Source: Octopus sinensis (lineage: Eukaryota). Taken from it: 64,000 bases of DNA. A program made the translations under genes and the position numbers. Under the pieces are notes generated by a model. It made no database searches, had not been told where the DNA came from, and worked only from the letters and a program-made list of their open reading frames with translations. The DNA is taken from positions 48,422,001-48,486,000 of the forward strand of contig NC_043001.1 in assembly GCF_006345805.1 (NCBI RefSeq). The letters run 5' to 3'. This document shows positions 1-11,587 of the stretch, piece after piece. Each line of letters begins with the position of its first letter. Position 1 is the stretch's first letter.

Positions 1-144
1 CATACAAAAAATTGAATAATTAGGCTCTCCACGCAGGAAAGTGCATTTTGAGACATATATGAAACAGTAAAATAGATGACTCGAGACAGATTAGATAGAT
101 ACCAGTTAAGAGAACCGCCAGATATAAAGTACATGCAAGTCCTC

Positions 145-240
145 AAGTTGTGAGGGTGTGTCGCCTCATAGGTTCGATTCCAAGACTAGTCGGTGCGTTG
201 CGCTCTTGAGCAAAACACTTCACTTCACGTCGCTTTATGA
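145..240 (+). mobile_element. tRNA-derived SINE fragment (family B)
   Basis: B-box-like ggttcgattcc followed by tcttgagcaaaacacttcacttcacg, matching the copy at 19333-19570. Confidence 0.6.
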
Positions 241-629
241 TCACTTTTATACTGGACATGGAGCACACCGTGCGCCTGTACAGGCAATAACGATTTGAGG
301 AAGGGAATACACTAATGTACAACACAAATATTTCATCACTATAAACAATTTATCTGTGCAGGTTATTCAGCAATAGCGTTCAGCTAGAAATGGCAGAATC
401 GTTTTTGTCGAACACGAAGGGTTACCAAGAGTTAATGTTGTCTTTCACCTCGCTGCATTAATAATTCAAAATTTAATTAACATTCCCGAGTTGTCACCCT
501 TTTGCTTTGACTAGATTTGATAAACGTCAGTCATTGAGCTGATGTTTCCGTCTCCTCATTGCGAAGATAATTTTACCTGATTGAAATTTGTTAACATTCT
601 CTCATCTATTATGCTTCATGTACATAAGG

Positions 630-848
630 AGACGAGCTGGCAGAATCGTTAGCTCGACAGGCTAGATGCTTAGCTGCATTTCGTCCGTCTTTACGTTCTA
701 AGTTCAAATGTTCAAATTCCTCCAAGGTCGACTTTGCCTTTCATCCCTCCGAATCCGATAAAATAAGTACCAATTGAGTTCTTCGTATCGACGTAATTGA
801 CTTACCCGCTCTCCCGAAATTGCTTGCCTTGTGCCAAAATCTGAAATC
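630..848 (+). mobile_element. tRNA-derived SINE (family A)
   Basis: Head gagctggcagaatcgttagc, B-box-like gttcaaattcc and body aggtcgactttgcctttcatcc, repeated many times in the window. Confidence 0.8.
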
Positions 849-972
849 ATTATGTTTCTTGCAGATATTATCTCCCAGGTAATCACCCCCACCAAACACA
901 CATCCGTGAACATAATTTGTCCTGAACGGACGTCTCAACCAGACTAATGTATATTTCATCGCTGTAAAATTT

Positions 973-989
973 CGTTGGTTTCAAGTACC
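973..989. repeat. Left copy of 17-bp target-site duplication cgttggtttcaagtacc
   Basis: Identical to 18458-18474; the two bracket the split SINE, the Tx1 LINE and the array. Confidence 0.9.
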
Positions 990-1172
990 TATTTCTTTAT
1001 TACCCACAAGGGGCTAAACACAGAGGGGACAAACAAGGACAGACATAGGTATTAAGTCGATTACATCGACCCCAGTGCGTAACTGGTACTTAATATATCT
1101 ACCCCGAAAGGATGAAAGGCAAAATCGACCTCGGCGGAATTTGAACTCACAACGTAACGCAGACGAAATACG
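990..1172 (-). mobile_element. Body and Tx1-like tail of a family A SINE whose head lies at 18434-18457
   Basis: Minus strand reads gtatttcgtctgcgttacgttgtgagttcaaattccgccgaggtcga...gccccttgtgggtaataaagaaata, collinear with the intact copies starting at 21168 and 50486. Confidence 0.9.
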
Positions 1173-1418
1173 AATTTCTTTATTGCCCACCGGGGGCCAA
1201 ACATAGATATGGACAGTACAACTGATGGGATCAGTGAATCGATATGATTTTACATAAATGTGACATCAAAAATAAAATACAATACATAAAAATCGAATGG
1301 AATACACAGTACAAAAACAAAAGAAATGAAGCGATGATCAAGTTACGCTCCGATCCCACAAGCCCCGATCTACCGCTGATACCTTTTTATTTTCTCTTTT
1401 TTTTTTCCTCGTATATTT

Positions 1419-4400
1419 TCACACGGTTCCTTGCACGCACAACACTCGTGCAACATACTTCCATCTCTTTTGGAACGTACACTCTGACAGACACCTCTTC
1501 TCCAGCCACAGTTTCCTTTTCAAATGAAAAGAAAAAAAGGATCGTAAATTGTCACCAGAGATAAAGTTGCCTGTCTTAATTCCTTATATCCTAGTATTCC
1601 ATACAGCCTCTTTTGCTATTGCTACAACCGTGAGAAAACAATTCTTACCTTCGTTCGTTAGAACTCCCGGTGGGTCAATTTTTATAATTGACTCAGTCGA
1701 CAGCCGTACTCTTCCTTCGCCGGACAACAGATGTTCAGCATAAGCCCACATTTCAGTTATCTCCGGACACTGAACAATAGCGTGAGGGACGGTTTCCCTG
1801 TCCCCACCGCATCTTGGACAGGTCGGCGACTGACGTTTACCATGTCTTGCGAGCTTATCCCAAACGGGCAAGGCACCTCTGTAGCATTGCCAGGTTAAGG
1901 ACTTTTGGAAGTTGTCCAACGTTCTCAACCCGAATGTACGATGAAACAAGCTGTCCAGTTGAATAAATCCGAGACCTAGAGTCGACCCCAGGCCATCGTC
2001 GCATTCAGACTCTACCAACCCACTATATAAAATCCGTGTGGAACCCCCACCGCTGGCGTTGCCCGAGCGCCGGAACAGCAAGAGGGCCTTACGGCACTCT
2101 TTATGCCACTCACTCGACCTCGGTCTACGAGAACACCAGGCTTCCTGTTCGCAAAAACTCTTGAACTCAGGGAACATTTGTCTGGCCAGCGGAGACCACA
2201 CCCCTTCACTATCCAGGAGAATCCAGAGGTGCCTCAACCTCAACGCATGTCTGCGCATCATTAACCAAGGCATCCCTAAACCTCCATTTAAAGGCTTTTG
2301 ACAGCAGACAGAGCGTTTCACAAGTGGCGACCTGCCCTTCCACAAAAAGCGAAAGAGCTGTCTCTCCAACCTGATCAACCACGAATCCGGACAGGGCACG
2401 ACAGTCAGGCGGTAGGTAATGACCGATGCGATAAACACATTGGCCACTTCCGCCCTCCCTTTCAGGGATAGCCACCGCCAAGACCAAGTCTTGACTACTG
2501 CAGCCACCCTGCTCAATACTCCGTCCAGTTCTTCTCTATCTGGAGGCCTGGTCCAAACCAGACTCCCAGCAACTTAACCGGTCCCTCCGTCCAGCGCCTA
2601 ACAACACTGTCTGAAGGCATCGACTTGCCAACCCAGGTGCCGAGCTGCAAGCCGACCGACTTTTCCCGGTTAATCTTTGCTCCTGCTACCTCCTCGTAAG
2701 CCTCAATAGTCTTACCTACTTCACGTAGGCGTACCACTGTGGTTACACTGATAGTGATATCATCCGCGAAAGCCGTAACAAACTCCTCTAGTCCTGGTTC
2801 TCTCGGGATGCCACTCAACCTTTGCAGTAATGGCTCGAGAGCCATCACATACAAAAGTGGTGAAAGCGGACATCCTTGACGAACCGAGCGTCTGATGCAG
2901 AACGGCTTCGAAAGGAAACCGTTCACCCGAACTATCGAGTCAATGTTGTGGTACAAAGCGATAAACCACCTGAGGAAGCCAAGGCCCAGGCCAAACCGCG
3001 CAAGTACAGTCGCTAGGTATCGATGGTCAACCCTATCAAAAGCTTTAGACTGGTCCAAATGCACCAAAGCCCCACCTTTGCCAGATTTATTACCAAACCT
3101 CTCTATGGTATAGCGAATAAGATGGAGGGTATCCTGAATGGTTCTGCCTGGGATGGCACATGTCTGTGCCTCCCCGACTATACCATTCGCGACACGCGCC
3201 AACCTTTTTGCTAGAACCTTGGCCAAAATCTTCACTTCTGCGTTTAACAGAGTGATGGGCCTGAAATTCTCTAGAACGTCCCCCTTGTCCGGGTCCTTTC
3301 TGACCAACGTCACTACTCCCCGGCGCACAGATCTGGGGATAAACCCATTCTGTTTCCAGTTCGCGTACACGTCAGTCAGTAGTTGCCCGAACAAGTCTGG
3401 CATACATTTATACAGCTCGTACGGAAGACCATCAAGTCCCGGTGACTTACCCGCTTTACAATCGGCCAAAGCCTCCATCACCTCCTCAAGTGTGATTGGC
3501 CCTTCGCAAGACTCCGCATCCGACCCCGAGAGGCACGGCAGCCCGGTAAGAAAGTCCTCGAGGGCTCTCCCACCACCAGGACCGCCGTCACCCCCGAACA
3601 GCTGGGCGAAGTACTCCCGAAAGACCTCACACATTTTCTCGGGTTCGTTTATCAAGACACCATTTTGATTCGTCAAAGACCGAATAGAGGAACTATTTCC
3701 TTGCCGAGCTTCCACCACTCGGGCCCATCCAGCGGCTTTGATTCCTTCACTTCCCATTGCACGTAACTTAGCTCTGGTAATACTTCCCATGTGGTGGGCT
3801 TCAAGATGCTGGTTTAACTCCAGTCTTTTCACCCTCGCTTGGTCTGTATTACCAGTCCTCCAGGCTTCTTCTAGTTCCTTAACTAGACCATCTCCTATTT
3901 TACGTCCCTTCTTAGCTAAACTTATGCTAAACCTAATAGACTCATATTTGATGGCTCTTTTTAGGGCGTACCACCATTTGTTATTAATGATGGTACCTGT
4001 TAATGCCCTCTGTATTAACATCTTGATCCGCTTTCTGTACTCCTCAATCGCCAAAAGGGACGTATTGAGTTTCCAGTAGCCAGATCCCTGTCTATGCAAC
4101 TTATCTACCGTCAGTTTACAGGTAACCATCTTGTGGTCACTGTAGCTGACTAGAAAAAACTGTGGACACTCAACTATGGACTTATCTTTTTCTCTAATTA
4201 AAATCCTATCTAGATATGTTCTGGTAGACCCGTCACTATTTGACCACGTCCACTGTGGAGTGTTCGGGTGCTCCAACCTATATGGATCTGCTAGCTGAAA
4301 TTGACTTAGCAGATCCCGAAAGCCTGTGTTACATTTTCTGTTCATGTTCGAGTTTGAGCCAACACAATCTGTGTGTGCTGCACATATTGTATTAGAGTCT

Positions 4401-4818
4401 CCTAACACTACTAGTGAATGCGACGTGGCTAGGAACTTTCCTAGGCCACGAAAATATTCAGTTTGCGGGCCAATAATGTTTGGTGCATAAATAGCGACCA
4501 GCCTGATTGTCTTGCCACAACTGAATGTCAAGTCGAGAACGACCAGCCTGCCTTCTGGGTCAGAAAAAACCAACTTTTTCTCGGCTACCCGGTTTCTTTT
4601 TAGTAGGACCAACACCCCACCCCCACCTCCGCCCGACTCGGAGAAACGTATTTCTCGTAGCCGTTCAGGAGGGGGAGCAGATCTCTTGGCCCCTTCACCC
4701 GGGTTTCCGTTGCAACAATTACATCCAAATTTCTCGACCTGATGTCATTCAGAAAGCGTCCTTGCTTCCAGCTTGACAACAGGCCATGAACATTTAAACA
4801 ACCAATGTGAATAGCCAT
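1419..4818 (-). pseudogene. Tx1 ORF2: APE endonuclease + reverse transcriptase + C-terminal zinc finger, disrupted
   Basis: Motifs GCLNVHGL, VLGDSN, LDRIL, SDH (APE); KSPGLDG, FRPITLLN, LDQSKAFDRV, RQGCPLSP, FADD (RT); CPRC..ETVPH..C. Frameshifts near 4610 and 2515 and a premature TAA at 1584-1586; the frame then continues to a TGA at 1419-1421. Confidence 0.92.
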
Positions 4819-6168
4819 CACTTACCTGTTTAATTAGGATTGTCCGGTGGAGGGGGACCCTCCACCTTTTTTTATCCAGGGTCGGAGGTGGACGGTCTTG
4901 GGAAATAGATTTGTCAAAATCCCGTCTCACCACCGACACAGAATTATCAGGTGGAGGGGGAATCTCCACCTTTTCCTTTTCTCGCGGGATCGGAGCTGGT
5001 AATCCATGAAATATCGACTTGTTAAAATCTAATCTCAATGAAGATACAGTCTTTCTGTACTTATTTTGTAGAATTCTATAAGTCTTATTTGAGACTTCAT
5101 ATATGTCGTAATTGATAAATTCCTCTGAAAGGTTATCAATTTTTTTACAGTCTTTATGAGTTGAATGTCTCTCATGAGCTCAGTATCTTTAGTGTATACG
5201 GCTATTATGTTTTTCTTCTTTTTCTCTTCTGGCAGTCTTTTTTGGTCGTTGTTCTGTAGTAGTCGCCGCTCTCGGCTGGGTTGCTGGTTGTATTTTTCTT
5301 TTGTTTGTGTTTTTTTTTCTCATCTGTTTCTTCTTTATCTTCTTCCTCTTTGTCTTTTTTCTCCTCTTCCTCCTCTTCTTCATTTTCCTTGCAGTTCCTT
5401 CGAATGTGGCCTAATTGACCACATAAAAAACATCGAGGTTTTCGGCCCTCAACAAACACCACGAGGTTCTCCTCCCCTACCTCAATTGTCTCAGGAATTG
5501 TTTGAATTATTTTAGGGTCCGCTTGAATGAGAAGATTAATTGTTTTACCATCCCAGCGTGGGTTTTCCGTAGCGGTAGCCTGGAGGAGAGTAATTTTTTC
5601 TACCTCTTTGATTAGGACTGCCGCCAACAACCACATAGGTTCGACCTCTGGCGGGACCCTTGTAATTTTTATTCGCGACGTCCTCATCCCCATATAATAT
5701 GGTATTAACTCTACGTCGTTCGTTTTCAACGTTTCCACTGAGTTCTTGTGTGCTATTTCTTTATTGGTGAACCTTACTTCCACCGTTCCGAATTTTTTTC
5801 CTCTTCTCAGAAATACTACGTCGCCCAATATTGGCTTTAAGCACTTTTCTATTTTCTCTTCTGACATTCTTTCAATTTTTCTATTTTGTAGACAATATGT
5901 TTTGAAAATTATTGTTTTTTGCTTTTCTTCCTGTAATAACTTTTGCGGAGGTTCAATTTTCACACTGTTGTCATTTATTTCCATCATTTTGCTGTATTTC
6001 ATAATTTCGCTTTTATTCGTCGACAGTATCTGGGTTCCACCCCCAGCAGCCAACGCAAATTTTTTTCCATTTTTTGGTTCTATCTGGATGCTAGGCACAT
6101 CAATTATTCTCTTCGACACAATGCCTTTGTTCTCTGGCAAAGTCGGAAACTCTTCTGGTGAAAGTTCT
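4819..6168 (-). pseudogene. Tx1 ORF1 (gag-like, CCHC knuckle), N-terminally truncated and frameshifted
   Basis: ORF 5205..6140 has CFLCGQLGHIRRNC and the blocks FLRRGKKFGTVEVRF and VFVEGRKPRC, homologous to the array ORF; Lys/Glu/Pro-rich tail continues in other frames. Confidence 0.85.
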
Positions 6169-6317
6169 TATTTCTTTATTACCCACTAGGGGCGACACAG
6201 AAAGGGACACTAAGAAACATGGGGACATATAACATTATAATTAAACTTTATGAACATGAATTGTTAAACGAAAAAATGATTAAATGAAAGCGATACCAAC
6301 GGCCCCGTCCGTCAGCA

Positions 6318-7732
6318 TCACTTACCTGTCCTTTGTTTTTCATAGTCACTTGAATGTTCCTTGCCAATACGAACAAATTCCATATCCATTCTTACTCCGA
6401 AATACTCATCCATATTTTCCACGAATTCATCGCTCATTCTTATATCTTTCACCTCCCAATTCTCGCATTCACACATCACCATAAAGTCACCTATGTTCTT
6501 CTTTTCAATCACAGCATACCTAGTCTCACCAACATCATACCATTTATACTCTTCCATTAGACTTTTAACTTCTTTCTGTTCAGTCATAGTACAAATGTAC
6601 GGCCTGATATCGATTTCAATCTCTTGTGTGTGTGTATTCTTTTTTTTCTTTTGTTTTCTTGTTGGGGGGGAGCGGGTGGGTTCAATGTCTGCATGGATAG
6701 GGTGGGACTCAGAGGGCGTGGGTGGTTTTGGGGTGGATTGGAGTTCCATATTATTTTCTTTTCCACGTATTCTTCTCTTCCTCTTACTTCCAGCTTCCTT
6801 CCATTTCTGTGTATTCTCTTCCTCTGTTTCCTTCTCCTCTGGTTTCTGCTTCTCTCTCTCTGGTTCGGGATCCATTTCTTTCCCTGGGGGAGGGCAGAAG
6901 GCTCTTATGTGACCCCTCAGGCCACACTTGTAACAACGTGGAGCCCTGCCCTCCACCCACACTCTCATGATCACTTCTCCCAGTCTGATGCTTTCCGTCA
7001 GGTCCACCAGTACCTCGGTCTCTGCCTGTACGTTCAGCTCCACTGTTACGCCTCTCCAGCCCTCGGACTTAACCGAGGCATGGAGAATATCCACTTCGTC
7101 CTCGTGGCCGCTGATCACAGCCGCCACAATCCATTCTGCCTCCACGTTTGGTGGCACTCCCTCCACCCTTATTCGTGTAATCCTCCTGTTTAAATACGTA
7201 GGTAACAGTGTTACCTTTTCCGACTTCACCGCCTTCGCTGCCATCTTCCTCGCTGCAGATTCACTTTTAAAATGCACAACTACGGTCCCATACTTGGATC
7301 CTCGAGTCAGAAAATTTATTTCCTCCTCAGTTCTTCGCAGGGCTTCCTCTATCCATTCCATGGTTACAACTTCTACCCTCTTCCTTTCGTTTGCGAACAC
7401 CCTGTAAAAATGGTCCTCTTATCATACCATTCTTTTCTCCTGGGTGTCGGTGATAGTTCCACCTCACCGCTTTCCTTTTTCATGTGTTTCTGGTAACTTG
7501 GTAGTTTGGCCAAGTCGACCCCTTTCTCTTCCGCCTTCTTGGTTACACCGGCATAAGTATAACTCAGCTTCTTTTCCAAATTCCTCGCTGCCATTTCTAG
7601 CTCCTTCTCAGACGTAGGCGAGTCTGATAAAGACTCGAAAACTCCAGCCTTTTCCTCCATCAGCTTCACTGCAATTGCCTGTTCCAGTTCCTCATCTGTC
7701 GTGGACAAGTCTGTTAGAGACTCATAGTCCAT
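6318..7732 (-). CDS. Array unit 1 ORF: Tx1-type ORF1/gag-like protein, about 471 aa once one frameshift near 7407 is corrected
   Basis: MDYESL...CYKCGLRGHIRAFC...RTGK*; 1415 nt with one base missing relative to the other copies. Confidence 0.8.
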
Positions 7733-8075
7733 TTCCTTCTGTCTGACAGACCGAAAACGGCCGCCAAAACAGAAAAAAGTTTAACGCGCTGAACGAGCGA
7801 AACGCGAAACCGCGTCAACGCCGTTCAGAATTTCCACAACAACAACAACGCTTTTTGTTCTTTTTTACCGAATTTTCAGGAGCCGAAAAAAACACAACCG
7901 ACGTCAAACGAAGTGCTAACGTTTCTTATTTCTTTATTACCCACTAGGGGCGACACAGAAAGGGACACTAAGAAACATGGGGACATATAACATTATAATT
8001 AAACTTTATGAACATGAATTGTTAAACGAAAAAATGATTAAATGAAAGCGATACCAACGGCCCCGTCCGTCAGCA

Positions 8076-9490
8076 TCACTTACCTGTCCTTTGTTTTTCA
8101 TAGTCACTTGAATGTTCTTTGCCAATACGAACAAATTCCATATCCATTCTTACTCCGAAATACTCATCCATATTTTCCACGAATTCATCACTCATTCTTA
8201 TATCTTTCACCTCCCAATTCTCCCTTTCACACCTCACCATAAAGTCACCTATGTTCTTCTTTTCAATCACAGCATACCTAGTCTCACCAACATCATACCA
8301 TTTATACTCTTCCATTAGACTTTTAACTTCTTTCTGTTCAGTCATAGTACAAATGTACGGCCTGATATCGATTTCAATCTCTTGTGTGTTGTATTCTTTT
8401 TTTTTTTTTTGTTTCTTGTTGGGGGGGAGCGGGTGGGTTCAATGTCTGCATGGATAGGGTGGGACTCAGAGGGCGTGGGTGGTTTTGGGGTGGATTGGAG
8501 TTCCATATTATTTTCTTTTCCACGTATTCTTCTCTTCCTCTTACTTCCAGCTTCCTTCCATTTCTGTGTATTCTCTTCCTCTGTTTCCTTCTCCTCTGGT
8601 TTCTGCTTCTCTCTCTCTGGTTCGGGATCCATTTCTTTCCCTGGGGGAGGGCAGAAGGCTCTTATGTGACCCCTCAGGCCACACTTGTAACAACGTGGAG
8701 CCCTGCCCTCCACCCACACTCTCATGATCACTTCTCCCAGTCTGATGCTTTCCGTCAGGTCCACCAGTACCTCGGTCTCTGCCTGTACGTTCAGCTCCAC
8801 TGTTACGCCTCTCCAGCCCTCGGACTTAACCGAGGCATGGAGAATATCCACTTCGTCCTCGTGGCCGCTGATCACAGCCGCCACAATCCATTCTGCCTCC
8901 ACGTTTGGTGGCACTCCCTCCACCCTTATTCGTGTAATCCTCCTGTTTAAATACGTAGGTAACAGTGTTACCTTTTCCGACTTCACCGCCTTCGCTGCCA
9001 TCTTCCTCGCTGCAGATTCACTTTTAAAATGCACAACTACGGTCCCATACTTGGATCCTCGAGTCAGAAAATTTATTTCCTCCTCAGTTCTTCGCAGGGC
9101 TTCCTCTATCCATTCCATGGTTACAACTTCTACCCTCTTCCTTTCGTTTGCGAACACCCTGTAAACAATGGTCCTCTTATCATACCATTCTTTTCTCCTG
9201 GGTGTCGGTGATAGTTCCACCTCACCGCTTTCCTTTTTCATGTGTTTCTGGTAACTTGGTAGCTTGGCCAAGTCGACCCCTTTCTCTTCCGCCTTCTTGG
9301 TTACACCGGCATAAGTATAACTCAGCTTCTTTTCCAAATTCCTCGCTGCCATTTCTAGCTCCTTCTCAGACGTAGGCGAGTCTGATAAAGACTCGAAAAC
9401 TCCAGCCTTTTCCTCCATCAGCTTCATTGCAATTGCCTGTTCCAGTTCCTCATCTGTCGTGGACAAGTCTGTTAGAGACTCATAGTCCAT
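8076..9490 (-). CDS. Array unit 2 ORF1-like protein (frameshift in T-rich tract near 8400)
   Basis: 382-aa and 89-aa ORF pieces join to give the consensus protein. Confidence 0.8.
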
Positions 9491-9832
9491 TTCCTTCTGT
9501 CTGACAGACCGAAAACGGCCGCCAAAACAGAAAAAAGTTTAACGCGCTGAACGAGCGAAACGCGAAACCGCGTCAACGCCGTTCAGAATTTCCACACAAC
9601 AACAACGCTTTTTGTTCTTTTTTACCGAATTTTCAGGAGCCGAAAAAAACACAACCGACGTCAAACGAAGTGCTAACGTTTCTTATTTCTTTATTACCCA
9701 CTAGGGGCGACACAGAAAGGGACACTAAGAAACATGGGGACATATAACATTATAATTAAACTTTATGAACATGAATTGTTAAACGAAAAAATGATTAAAT
9801 GAAAGCGATACCAACGGCCCCGTCCGTCAGCA

Positions 9833-11244
9833 TCACTTACCTGTCCTTTGTTTTTCATAGTCACTTGAATGTTCCTTGCCAATACGAACAATTCCATATC
9901 CATTCTTACTCCGAAATACTCATCCATATTTTCCACGAATTCATCGCTCATTCTTATATCTTTCACCTCCCAATTCTTCCTTTCACACCTCCCCATAAAC
10001 TCACCTATGTTCTTCTTTTCAATCACAGCATACCTAGTCTCACCAACATCATACCATTTATACTCTTCCATTAGACTTTTAACTTCTTTCTGTTCAGTCA
10101 TAGTACAAATGTACATCCTGATATCGTTTTCAATCTCTTGTGTGTGTGTATTCTTTTTTTTCTTTTGTTTTCTTGTTGGGGGGGAGCGGGTGGGTTCAAT
10201 GTCTGCATGGGTAGGGTGGGACTCAGAGGGCGTGGGTGGTTTTGGGGTGGATTGGAGTTCCATATTGTTTTCTTTTCCACGTATTCTTCTCTTCCTCTTA
10301 CTTCCAGCTTCCTTCCATTTCTGTGTATTCTCTTCCTCTGTTTCCTTCTCCTCTGGTTTCTGCTTCTCTCTCTCTGGTTCGGGATCCATTTCTTTCCCTG
10401 GGGGAGGGCAGAAGGCTCTTATGTGACCCCTCAGGCCACACTTGTAACAACGTGGAGCCCTGCCCTCCACCCACACTCTCATGATCACTTCTCCCAGTCT
10501 GATGCTTTCCGTCAGGTCCACCAGTACCTCGGTCTCTGCCTGTACGTTCAGCTCCACTGTTACGCCTCTCCAGCCCTCGGACTTAACCGAGGCATGGAGA
10601 ATATCCACTTCGTCCTCGTGGCCGCTGATCACAGCCGCCACAATCCATTCTGCCTCCACGTTTGGTGGCACTCCCTCCACCCTTATTCGTGTAATCCTCC
10701 TGTTTAAATACGTAGGTAACAGTGTTACCTTTTCCGACTTCACCGCCTTCGCCGCCATCTTCCTCGCTGCAGATTCACTTTTAAATGCACAACTACGGTC
10801 CCATACTTGGATCCTCGAGTCAGAAAATTTATTTCCTCCTCAGTTCTTCGCAGGGCTTCCTCTATCCATTCCATGGTTACAACTTCTACCCTCTTCCTTT
10901 CGTTTGCGAAACCCTGTAAACAATGGTCCTCTTATCATACCATTCTTTTCTCCTGGGTGTCGGTGATAGTTCCACCTCACCGCTTTCCTTTTTCATGTGT
11001 TCTGGTAACTTGGTAGTTTGGCCAAGTCGACCCCTTTCTCTTCCGCCTTCTTGGTTACACCGGCATAAGTATAACTCAGCTTCTTTTCCAAATTCCTCGC
11101 TGCCATTTCTAGCTCCTTCTCAGACGTAGGCGAGTCTGATAAAGACTCGAAAACTCCAGCCTTTTCCTCCATCAGCTTCATTGCAATTGCCTGTTCCAGT
11201 TCCTCATCTGTCGTGGACAAGTCTGTTAGAGACTCATAGTCCAT
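9833..11244 (-). pseudogene. Array unit 3 ORF1-like, several 1-bp indels
   Basis: 83-aa and 331-aa fragments of the consensus protein. Confidence 0.75.
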
Positions 11245-11587
11245 TTCCTTCTGTCTGACAGACCGAAAACGGCCGCCAAAACAGAAAAAAGTTTAACGCG
11301 CTGAACGAGCGAAACGCGAAACCGCGTCAACGCCGTTCAGAATTTCCACAACAACAACAACGCTTTTTGTTCTTTTTTACCGAATTTTCAGGAGCCGAAA
11401 AAAACACAACCGACGTCAAACGAAGTGCTAACGTTTCTTATTTCTTTATTACCCACTAGGGGCGACACAGAAAGGGACACTAAGAAACATGGGGACATAT
11501 AACATTATAATTAAACTTTATGAACATGAATTGTTAAACGAAAAAATGATTAAATGAAAGCGATACCAACGGCCCCGTCCGTCAGCA

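Larger units (their letters stand above)
1173..6168 (-). mobile_element. Tx1-clade (L1 group) non-LTR retrotransposon, 5'-truncated within ORF1
   Basis: Zinc-knuckle ORF1 followed by APE endonuclease-RT-CCHC ORF2; 3' tail ccccggtgggcaataaagaaat abuts the SINE sequence cgtatttcgtctg. Confidence 0.92.

Noticed and set aside
630-720. SINE heads as tRNA genes
   Set aside because: A/B-box-like motifs run into SINE bodies and no full cloverleaf is evident.
4820-4828. acttacctg as a U1 snRNA gene fragment or target
   Set aside because: Only 9 nt match and no further U1 sequence follows; treated as a sense-strand splice-donor motif instead.
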